Positions 38,158 to 46,742 of a stretch of 64,000 bases of DNA are shown here, piece after piece. The first letter of the stretch is position 1; each line of letters begins with the position of its first letter. This DNA comes from an uncultured Rhodobacteraceae bacterium. Its GTDB lineage: Bacteria; Pseudomonadota; Alphaproteobacteria; Rhodobacterales; Rhodobacteraceae. The position numbers and the translations under genes are program-made. Under the pieces are notes generated by a model. It was not told where the DNA came from and ran no database searches. It worked only from the letters and a program-made list of their open reading frames with translations. The stretch is from positions 780,032 through 844,031 of the forward strand of contig CANMKS010000001.1 of NCBI GenBank assembly GCA_947498645.1. The letters are read 5' to 3'.

Positions 38158-38773
38158 CGGCCCAGGCAATGCCTGCATAGATCAGCAATAACACCACACC
38201 CGTGGCGAGGTTTACACCATAAAACACAGCACGATCGGCAAATGCCAGATTGTTGAGGAACGGGTATGGCAACCCGCTGGTCAGGGTGCCGGATGGGCTG
38301 GTGTTCAACGGTTGCAGCACCAATTCGGCCCACATCAGATAAAGCGCGATCACACCAACAAGCCAGGCAAAGGCAGGGCCCAGCCTACGATAGCTGCGAT
38401 GCACGAAAATCGTATCAATCACCTGCAAAGCGGGGCCAAGCGCGTGCAGATACATCTCAAGATGCCAGGCCCCCAGCTGGCCATCTGTGGTGACGGAATT
38501 GGGATCGGCAAAGTAAAGGCGCCAGTAAAGGAACACCACCATCGTGTTAATCACAGCCGTCATGCAGACAAAGCCATCCCAGCGGCGCATCGAGCGGCCC
38601 TCTTCAATGGCCATCATGCGGCTGAATGCAAAGAACGACGCAAACAACGCCCAGACGGTCAGAAACCGGAAGGGCCCGCCGAAATGCTCCCAGCCGCCAA
38701 AGATCAACATGCGGATGCAATAGCCGCCCGCCAGCAAAAACGCAGTCCAACGAAAGATCAGACGGGGGTTCAT
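38123..38773 (-). CDS. FAR-17a/AIG1/ADTRP-like membrane protein
   Basis: GGPFRFLTVW, VVFLYWRLYFAD, YLHALGP...ID and PYPFL motifs; about 6 TM segments. Confidence 0.6.
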   Translation of the reverse strand: MNPRLIFRWTAFLLAGGYCIRMLIFGGWEHFGGPFRFLTVWALFASFFAFSRMMAIEEGRSMRRWDGFVCMTAVINTMVVFLYWRLYFADPNSVTTDGQLGAWHLEMYLHALGPALQVIDTIFVHRSYRRLGPAFAWLVGVIALYLMWAELVLQPLNTSPSGTLTSGLPYPFLNNLAFADRAVFYGVNLATGVVLLLIYAGIAWAVRRRFPAPVAP

Positions 38774-38914
38774 GGTCAAGAAATGCTCGCTCTTTTGGCA
38801 GATGATGCGCGCAACACGCATATCGCGTCCAGCCTAACGCCACGTCCGCGCCAGCACTTGCCCAACTGTTGCAAACAACCCATATCAAAGGCGCGCTAAC
38901 CAAAGGCCATTTGC

Positions 38915-39691
38915 ATGACCCTTCGCCAGAAAACCGCCCGGATACTGGACACCGCTTGGGTCCGCAATTTCATCATCGGCGTCATTATCTTCAACGCGAT
39001 CATCCTTGGGATGGAGACGTCAAAAACGATCATGGCATCGGCAGGTGGTCTGATCACGATGCTGGACAACCTTTGCCTTGCGATCTTTGTGGTCGAGCTT
39101 GCCGCCAAGATGTTCGCCCAACGCCTGAAATTCTTTCGCAACGGCTGGAACCTGTTTGATTTCGTCATTGTCGGCATCTCACTGGTTCCGGGCAACGGTG
39201 GCCTGTCAGTGCTGCGTGCGCTGCGCATCCTGCGTGTGCTGCGCGTCGTCTCTGTGGTGCCATCGTTGCGGCGCGTGGTCGAAGGGTTTGTGACCGCCCT
39301 TCCCGGCATGGGATCGGTCTTTGTGCTGATGGGGCTGGTGTTCTATATCGCCGCGGTCATGGCGACAAAGCTTTTCGGCGCAGATTTTCCACAATGGTTC
39401 GGCACGCTGGGCCGCTCGGGCTATTCGCTGTTCCAGATCATGACGCTGGAAAGCTGGTCCATGGGCATCGTGCGCCCGGTGATGGAGGTCTATCCCTACG
39501 CCTGGGCCTTCTTTGTGCCTTTCATCATGGTCACGACATTTGCAGTGGTAAACCTGCTGGTCGGCCTGATCGTGAACTCCATGCAGGACGCCCACGCAGA
39601 GGAAGGCAACGCCGCAACAGACGCCTATCGGGATGACGTGCTGGCAAAGCTGGAGGCGATCGAGAAGCGGTTGGAGGCGGCGGAAAAGTGA
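38915..39691 (+). CDS. Bacterial voltage-gated sodium channel (BacNaV/NaChBac family)
   Basis: S4 LRALRILRVLR with four Arg; filter TLESWSMG; S6 FAVVNLLVGLIVNSM. Confidence 0.92.
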   Translation: MTLRQKTARILDTAWVRNFIIGVIIFNAIILGMETSKTIMASAGGLITMLDNLCLAIFVVELAAKMFAQRLKFFRNGWNLFDFVIVGISLVPGNGGLSVLRALRILRVLRVVSVVPSLRRVVEGFVTALPGMGSVFVLMGLVFYIAAVMATKLFGADFPQWFGTLGRSGYSLFQIMTLESWSMGIVRPVMEVYPYAWAFFVPFIMVTTFAVVNLLVGLIVNSMQDAHAEEGNAATDAYRDDVLAKLEAIEKRLEAAEK

Positions 39692-40036
39692 GGGGGTTGG
39701 TCTGCTATGCGGGACAAAGGGTGAGTTCGCTGCTCTTGCGCAGAGGGCTGCTTCCATGCGCTTTGCAGACCTTCACCTTGGATTGCACACGAGGCACATA
39801 CAATCAGCGATTAAAGCACTGATTCAAATTGATAATCTGTCCATTCCTCCATCGCTTTCCGAGCACTAAACCCGTAGGCCTTTTCAACTGGCCCGTAGAG
39901 GCATCGGCAGCAACTGCTTGGTCTGAGGTCACTCCTTGGCATCTATGTGCCACGAACAGTTTTGGTGTCGCAAACGGAAGGCCAATGCGGCAGCCGTCTT
40001 GCTAGTCATGGGACAGAAATGTCTTGCGGAGCCCAC

Positions 40037-40954
40037 ATGACTGTCATCAGCCAACCGTCAAACAGCGCGGAAGGGCATCGGTTTGGTGTCCTTTTTGTCT
40101 TTGCCGCTGGTGTGCTTTGGTCGACCGTCGGGCTTGGAATACGGCTGATCGACGATGCGGTTGTGTGGCAGATATTGCTTTACCGATCGGTCAGCCTGTC
40201 ACTTCTGCTTTACGTGTTCATACGCCTCCGGTCCGGAGAAAGCCCCTTTGCCCAGATCCGCCGCACCGGCTTTCCAGCGGTGATCGCGGGGCTGTCGCTG
40301 GTTGCTGCTTATTCCGGCGGGATATATGCGATCCAGTCGACATCCGTGGCAAACGCCATGCTCTTGTTTGCAACAGCACCCTTCATGGCGGCAGTTCTGG
40401 GGTGGATCGTTTTGCGCGAACCTGTACGCCCCGCCACCTGGGTGGCCATCGCCGTTGCCATTTCCGGTATCGCGATCATGGTCGCAGATAAATCCGGTGG
40501 CGTTGCCATGGTGGGTAGCCTGGCGGCGATTGGGTCCGCCTTTGGATTTGCGGTGTTCACCGTGGCGCTGCGATGGGGGAAATCGGATGAAATGCTGCCG
40601 TCGGTGTTTCTGTCCGGATTATTCGGCATCATGGTGACGTTCGGCATATGCCTGTTTTTGGAGTTGTCCCTGGTGTTGTCTGTGCGGGATGGCGGCGTTG
40701 CAATGGGCATGGGGGTGTTTCAGGTTGGTGCAGGGTTGATCCTGTATACTCTGGGATCTCGCAGCCTTCCTGCTGCAGAACTTGCGCTGTTGTCACTGGC
40801 TGAGGTTCTGCTTGGCCCGTTATGGGTCTGGTTGCTTATGGGTGAAACGGCCACGCTGAACACATTGACAGGAGGCGCAGTGTTGCTTGCGGCCATCGTT
40901 GGAAACGCCCTGTCAGGCAAGCGCCGCAAGCCGCCGCCGATCACCTCACCATAG
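40037..40954 (+). CDS. DMT/EamA-family transporter
   Basis: 10 TM segments in two EamA repeats. Confidence 0.85.
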   Translation: MTVISQPSNSAEGHRFGVLFVFAAGVLWSTVGLGIRLIDDAVVWQILLYRSVSLSLLLYVFIRLRSGESPFAQIRRTGFPAVIAGLSLVAAYSGGIYAIQSTSVANAMLLFATAPFMAAVLGWIVLREPVRPATWVAIAVAISGIAIMVADKSGGVAMVGSLAAIGSAFGFAVFTVALRWGKSDEMLPSVFLSGLFGIMVTFGICLFLELSLVLSVRDGGVAMGMGVFQVGAGLILYTLGSRSLPAAELALLSLAEVLLGPLWVWLLMGETATLNTLTGGAVLLAAIVGNALSGKRRKPPPITSP

Positions 40955-41514
40955 GGGATTGGAGACAACTTACCTCTGATGGATCAGCGGAGGATGCATG
41001 CGTTGCACCAATGTTCCGTTCCACCTGCACATGATCCGTGTTGCACCTGGGGTTCTGATATATGTGTTGCTATTGTGCGGCTTTGGCCCTAGGGCTTTAT
41101 CCTCTGGAGCGCTAACACGCCGTGCGACGGTATTTTCGGCCAATCCTGATCGCTCACCCTATCTTCCTGTGTTGACCCAGGCATCTGCACCCGGGCGACG
41201 CGGGTCAGATGACGATCAATTGGCCACATAGCTGACGATCACCTCTGTTCGACCCTACCATGCCCCGCCAAGTTGCTGCCAAGCAGTGTCTGGGTCGCTT
41301 CTGAGCCGGTCACATTGGCAGGTTCAGGTATCCCATGGTTTTCCATACCCGTCCAAATGTCGGACGACACAACAACTGCCCCTGATGGGGCTGTGTTTTC
41401 GAACTCGATTTGTGCCCTCTCGACGTCTCTGCGCGGTTCGCGCGCAGGGGCACATCATGGGCGTACCGGCGCTGGAACCAAGCGGTTGCAGCGTCGTTGG
41501 AGCATGACCTGAAT

Positions 41515-42876
41515 TTGGACAAACAACTGCTTTTCACCCCCGGCCCTGTGAATGTGGCCGAGACCCTGCGTACCGCGATTTGCAAAGAGGATATCTGCCA
41601 TCGTGAAACAGATTTTGATACCCTGCTTGCAGGTATTGAGCACAAAATACTTTCACTTTTTCAGATAAGAAAAAGAGAACGCTACCGCGCGGTCGTCATC
41701 ACCGGCTCCGGGACAGCGGCGAATGAGGCGATACTGTCCTCAGTTGCCGGAGATGGTGCTATTCTGATCCTGTCGAACGGAGAATTTGGCAGCCGGCTAC
41801 ACAAGACATCCGTGATCCACAACAAGAAGACCCATCTGATCGAAATGCCCTGGGGCATCGGCTTCGACATACCGCAGATCGCAGCTTACCTTGCGACCCA
41901 CAAGATTGATGTGGTGGCTATGGTCCACCACGAGACATGTTCCGGCATGCTGAACCCGCTGGCCCAGATTGGTGCGCTGGCAAAAGCCAGCGGCGCACTT
42001 TTTGTGGTGGACGGGGTCAGCTCGGTTGGCGCTGAGGTGATCGACATGGAGGCGTGCCATATCGCGTTTGTGTCCAGTTCCAGCTCCAAGGCATTGGGTT
42101 CATATCCGGGGCTGTCTTTTGTCGTGGGTCGCAAGAAACAGTTCAAACAGCTCAAACACCATGCAGCCAAGACCACTTACCTGAATCTCGCGACGTTCTA
42201 CGCATTCCTCAAGAATCACAGTCAGACGCCAAACACACCCGCGGTACCGTTGTTTTTTGCACTGGACCAAGCGCTGACGGACATTCTGCGCGAGGGCGTC
42301 CTCAAGCGCCATGCCCGTATCAAGGCGCGGGCTGATCTGCTGCGCAGCGGCATGCGCAGGCTCAACCTCGCCTTTTTGGTAGATGAGGCGGACATGTGTT
42401 CTGTTCTGACGACAGTGCAGGTTCCGGCATCAGTATCAGTGCACGATCTGCGTGCGCGTCTACGTGAAAGGTCCATCATCATCTATGAAGGAAAGGGATG
42501 CTTTGCAGGCAAGGTTTTTCAGGTCGGTAATATCGGGGAACTCTCGGATGACGACATCCGGTATGAATTTGCCGAGAGCCCACAGGTTGCCAGCTACGAT
42601 GCCACGGATGGCGGTCATTTTACATGGCATTCCGACATCGGTGATGGCCCATTGGCACAAAAACGAAAACTGACGTTGGTCGCGCAGCTTTCCAAGCCCG
42701 GAAGCTATGATGGCGGCGATCTGGAAGTTATGCCGGGCGCGCATATCATCGCCGCAAACCGGACACAGGGCTCCATCACTATTTTCCCAAGTTTTCATCT
42801 GCATCAAGTGACGCCTGTGTCACGAGGGACCCGACATTCTTTAACCGTCTGGGCGCACGGCCCTAAGTTTCGGTAG
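41515..42876 (+). CDS. Class V PLP aminotransferase (PhnW/2-AEP transaminase-like) fused in frame to the C-terminal part of a 2OG-Fe(II) oxygenase
   Basis: LLFTPGP, TGSGTAA, VHHETCSGMLNP, DGVSS and SSSSKAL (PLP Lys); after about 42564: WHSD..RKLT..QLS...YDGGDL..FPSFHLHQVTPVSRGTRHSL..W..GP.FR. Confidence 0.8.
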   Translation: MDKQLLFTPGPVNVAETLRTAICKEDICHRETDFDTLLAGIEHKILSLFQIRKRERYRAVVITGSGTAANEAILSSVAGDGAILILSNGEFGSRLHKTSVIHNKKTHLIEMPWGIGFDIPQIAAYLATHKIDVVAMVHHETCSGMLNPLAQIGALAKASGALFVVDGVSSVGAEVIDMEACHIAFVSSSSSKALGSYPGLSFVVGRKKQFKQLKHHAAKTTYLNLATFYAFLKNHSQTPNTPAVPLFFALDQALTDILREGVLKRHARIKARADLLRSGMRRLNLAFLVDEADMCSVLTTVQVPASVSVHDLRARLRERSIIIYEGKGCFAGKVFQVGNIGELSDDDIRYEFAESPQVASYDATDGGHFTWHSDIGDGPLAQKRKLTLVAQLSKPGSYDGGDLEVMPGAHIIAANRTQGSITIFPSFHLHQVTPVSRGTRHSLTVWAHGPKFR

Positions 42877-42892
42877 ATAGAAGAACGTAGAG

Positions 42893-43093
42893 TTACGTTT
42901 CGCGTTCCAGTTTTTTCCGCGCCAGTTTGCGGGCACGGCGGATTGCTTCAGCTTTCTCTCGTGCCCTTTTCTCAGAGGGTTTCTCGAAATGTTGCTTAAG
43001 CTTCATTTCTTGAAATACGCCTTCGCGTTGCAGCTTTTTCTTCAAGACCCGAAGAGCTTGATCGACGTTGTTGTCGCGCACACTAACCTGCAT
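42893..43093 (-). CDS. rpsU: 30S ribosomal protein S21 (divergent copy)
   Basis: [45 protein letters not shown]. Confidence 0.93.
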   Translation of the reverse strand: MQVSVRDNNVDQALRVLKKKLQREGVFQEMKLKQHFEKPSEKRAREKAEAIRRARKLARKKLERET

Positions 43094-43343
43094 TTGGCTT
43101 TCACCACCTTGGAAGACTTACCTGAATGAGAGTTCCCAGAACCCTCGCCTTGTCAAGGTAATTTTGGTGTCGTCCACATTCCAACATGAGCGTTTTGCCG
43201 CCCACTCTGCTCTTGAACCCGACATCTTAAGTCGAAGGGTGCGATCACTCTGGTACTGGCGATCAAATACGCGCGGGACACCAAGCATAGGTCATCGTGC
43301 TGATACACCGGTACGGGGAAAAGGGGTCAGCTGGTGACTGACC

Positions 43344-44597
43344 TCAGGTCTCGGGAAAAGGTACCTGCCGCTCTACTTGCAATGGTGGAACAGGCTTCAA
43401 ACGATTTTCGCCCAGACGCGGATGCAGCCGCCCGGCAATTCCCCAGGCCAGCAGGCTTGCCGCTCCGGCGGCGGCAAAAATGCCGGATATCGGTGCCACC
43501 AAAAGGATCAGCCAGGCCACACCCGGTGTCAGGATGCCGGACACATCCCGATAGGATGAGTAGACTGCCGACATTTCGGTGCGTTCCGATGGTTTGACGG
43601 CCATCAGGAACGGCAATCCGGCACAAATATCCAAAAGGATCAGAAAGAAACTGCCGACAAAGAGAACGAATACTGTTGCAGACGGGGCTGCTGAAACCAA
43701 ACTGGCGGTACAGAACAGACATGCGAAAGCCATGAAGCCGGTTTGAACCGAGCTGCGCACGGAGTGTTTCTGCATCCATCTCAGCATCACCGGCGACAAA
43801 AACAATCCAGCATTTGTGATGGACAAGAGCGTCCCGCCCAGCGTTTCTCCAAGGCCGTTCTCAACAGCGAAGATGGGCAGATAAACAACATAGGCCCACC
43901 ACCCGCAAGAACGGATCACCGCGAAGAGCCAACCTGCGATCAGGCGGGGTTGTTGTAAGAACCGCCCCAGAAATGCCAACGGATTAACGGGTGCCCGCTG
44001 TGCCCGGGTGATCAGTTTGCCATTCCCCAGCCGTAGAAAGATGAACACACCCAGCATGGTTGCAGCGGCCATGCCGGAAATCACGAAAGGAGCGGGCCGC
44101 CACCATTCCCACAAAAGTACGCCCAGCACAGGGCCAACTGTCCACCCCAGGGCCGAATAGAACATACGTAGCGTTTCGCATTTTCCGAGATCAATCCGGG
44201 AGATGTAATCCAGCACATAGGCGTTGAAACACACAAAGGTGACGACGGTGGCCAGCGAGTTCAAGACAAGCCCCAGAACGATCATCTCCGGGGACCCCAG
44301 AGTTGCGAGGCCCGATCCTACAATGAATCCCGTCGCTCCGATGCCGTACATCCAGCGCCTCGCTATCCAGCGATTGAGAAAGGGAACGAGAAGCCCAGTC
44401 AGCAATGAGATAATCCCGATCAAGAAATAAACTGAACTGATCAGAGCCGCGTCCTGAAGCGCGTCGTACATCGCAACCGGAAAGACGGAAATCAGGATCC
44501 CGCGTGCAACCGCCTCAAACGCGGCCAAGGTCGCAAAACCCTGCACAGATGGTGCAGGTGCGTGTCGCAGCCATTCGGGGATTCGACGCTCAAACAT
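43344..44597 (-). CDS. MFS transporter
   Basis: About 12 TM segments, 417 aa; MFS-like topology. Confidence 0.75.
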   Translation of the reverse strand: MFERRIPEWLRHAPAPSVQGFATLAAFEAVARGILISVFPVAMYDALQDAALISSVYFLIGIISLLTGLLVPFLNRWIARRWMYGIGATGFIVGSGLATLGSPEMIVLGLVLNSLATVVTFVCFNAYVLDYISRIDLGKCETLRMFYSALGWTVGPVLGVLLWEWWRPAPFVISGMAAATMLGVFIFLRLGNGKLITRAQRAPVNPLAFLGRFLQQPRLIAGWLFAVIRSCGWWAYVVYLPIFAVENGLGETLGGTLLSITNAGLFLSPVMLRWMQKHSVRSSVQTGFMAFACLFCTASLVSAAPSATVFVLFVGSFFLILLDICAGLPFLMAVKPSERTEMSAVYSSYRDVSGILTPGVAWLILLVAPISGIFAAAGAASLLAWGIAGRLHPRLGENRLKPVPPLQVERQVPFPET

Positions 44598-45262
44598 CTC
44601 TAACGGGCCTAAAAGTATGGCTGGAAAAGTACGCAGTGCTCTTTGCGTGTCTGTTCAAAAGGCGACACCGATGATGGTTCACGACCCATTTTGAGTTTGA
44701 CGGTCATCTCTTTGCGGTCTCAGCTATCGGACATGAGCCAATGACTGAGCTGGGACGAAGCAAACGAAGGCTACGAATGGCTTTCAGTGTTTGCTGGATC
44801 CCTCGATTTTCGAAACATGGTCCTAGACCGGAGCGCTAAGGCCATTGTTGTCCACTTCCCCAAGTCGACCGGGAAATCGCCAAACCTTGATCACTGCGCC
44901 TCGGGAGGAATTCCCATGCCCTGCTATCAGCCTCGCGCAGCCCTTCCATCACGATGGATCCGTTGCTCTTCAAATCTCACCAATTCGCACAACCATCAAA
45001 CGGCCGACTGAACGCGACAAAAAGGCCATTCCACGTTGCACATACAGTGCACACGGCACCAATTAAGCTATTGAATTTAAAACTGAATCAATCCAGCTAT
45101 CTCAAAATTGACGCAAAGCGCAGCTTCGAATGGCGGTTTTGTAGCGATGTTCAGACCTTGGCGAATGTTGCAGCATTTGGAAGTTTGGGCTCTTTTGGAA
45201 CCTTCGCCGCATCAAGCGTAAATGACGGTTTTCACTAACGTACGATCCTGCCCCCTACCGGA

Positions 45263-45287
45263 GCAGACCCCTCTCTTGAAGGTCTGC
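45263..45287. terminator. Hairpin downstream of GST
   Basis: GCAGACC-N11-GGTCTGC inverted repeat 18 bp after the GST stop. Confidence 0.4.
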
Positions 45288-45304
45288 GTCAGCTTTTGCA
45301 AACA

Positions 45305-45934
45305 TTATTCTATCGAGTTGCCTTCGATCTCTAGTGCACGCCTTACGTTTGGACGTGCGCGCATCATCGTTCTGTGGGCCGACACTTTCGGGAAATCACT
45401 TACTACAACACCGTCGCTCTCCATCCACTGTGCGATCGTGAAGAGGTATGGATCAGCAACTGAGTATTCGTCTCCTAGGACGTATGGTCCGACGAACGCG
45501 CAATCCTCGATGTATCGATATGCCTCTGTAACAGCTGCCGGAACCTTTCGTTGCATGGACGTTATACAAGCAGGATCATCCGACCATCTATAACCCCGCA
45601 TTCTATTAGCATGTGCAACGTGAAGCGTAGAGCAAAGGTAGCTATTGAATTCTTGCATTTTTCCAAATGCGAATGGATCACTAAGGGGGGCTACTTTTAC
45701 ATCAGAAGAAATCTGAGCGAGGTATGCGAGTATGGCCGGTGTCTCTGTGAGTGGGCCTTTATCTGTCACGAGAACGGGAACTCGGCCTTTCGGGTTGATT
45801 GCGAGAAACTCGGATTGTCGTTGCATCTGTGTTCCGAAGTCAACGATTTCGTATTGATATTTTACACCGAGATCCTCCAGAACAATCAGGCTGGCAAGCG
45901 AGCAAGTGTCAGGCGTGAAGTAGAATTTGAACAT
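45305..45934 (-). CDS. Glutathione S-transferase (beta class)
   Basis: CSLAS, INPKGRVPVL, LTETPAILAYL and GDEYSVADPYLF motifs. Confidence 0.9.
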   Translation of the reverse strand: MFKFYFTPDTCSLASLIVLEDLGVKYQYEIVDFGTQMQRQSEFLAINPKGRVPVLVTDKGPLTETPAILAYLAQISSDVKVAPLSDPFAFGKMQEFNSYLCSTLHVAHANRMRGYRWSDDPACITSMQRKVPAAVTEAYRYIEDCAFVGPYVLGDEYSVADPYLFTIAQWMESDGVVVSDFPKVSAHRTMMRARPNVRRALEIEGNSIE

Positions 45935-46073
45935 CCTCGCATAGAATACGTCTCGTCTAAGCCCGGCAATGAAAAATGATCATACATCTGCGAATTCCGT
46001 CAAGAGCGGACGTCTGTGACGGCCGCAGCATCGGTCCATCTGGGCTCAAACCAGCCCCTCACCCATTCACCTC

Positions 46074-46742
46074 TCAATGCCCATTCACCGCCGCCCAAAT
46101 CCCAAACGCCCCCACCAGAATAAGCGTCACCGCCCAGACCAGATCAAGATTGAACCACGTCTTGGACAGGAACTTCAGCCCTAACCACAGATAGATTATC
46201 ACCGCGATCAACCCGCCTGCCAGTGTCATCGCGGCGGTATGCGCCAACGCCACTGTAAAGGCCGTCAGGATATTGCCACGCATCAAGGCCTCTGCCGCCT
46301 GATGCCCGGTATCGGCGTCCGCCGCACAGATGCCCAGAAACAACGGCACCAGCATCAATCCCGCCCCATGGGCGTTTGCCGCAAGAAACGACCAGAACGC
46401 CAGCCGTGCCGGATGCACGCGGGCCAGCGCCTTGGGATGGCGGCGATTGATCAGCAGATAGACACCCATCGCAATCACCAGCACCCCGGCAGCAACCCTG
46501 ATCTGCACCTCCCACGCGACCAGGAACAGCATCATCGAAAAGGGCAGAAGGATCGCCAGCATCGCCAGGAAATGGCCAAGCGCAAGCAGTCCCAGCGCCC
46601 GTGGCAAGGCGCTCCGCTTTTGCTCCATCAGGGCGGCGGACACGGCCAAGGGCCAGCCCATACCAGGGTTCAGGCCATGGTAAAGGCCAGACAAAATGAC
46701 GGCCCACCAAAGGGCCGCCACTGTCGTCAGCTCAGAAATCAC
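46074..46742 (-). CDS. His-containing membrane protein coupled to SBP56 gene
   Basis: GLYHGLNPGMGWP, LGHFLA, AHGAGLMLVP and AHTAAM motifs; GTG start directly abuts the SBP56 stop. Confidence 0.7.
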   Translation of the reverse strand: MISELTTVAALWWAVILSGLYHGLNPGMGWPLAVSAALMEQKRSALPRALGLLALGHFLAMLAILLPFSMMLFLVAWEVQIRVAAGVLVIAMGVYLLINRRHPKALARVHPARLAFWSFLAANAHGAGLMLVPLFLGICAADADTGHQAAEALMRGNILTAFTVALAHTAAMTLAGGLIAVIIYLWLGLKFLSKTWFNLDLVWAVTLILVGAFGIWAAVNGH

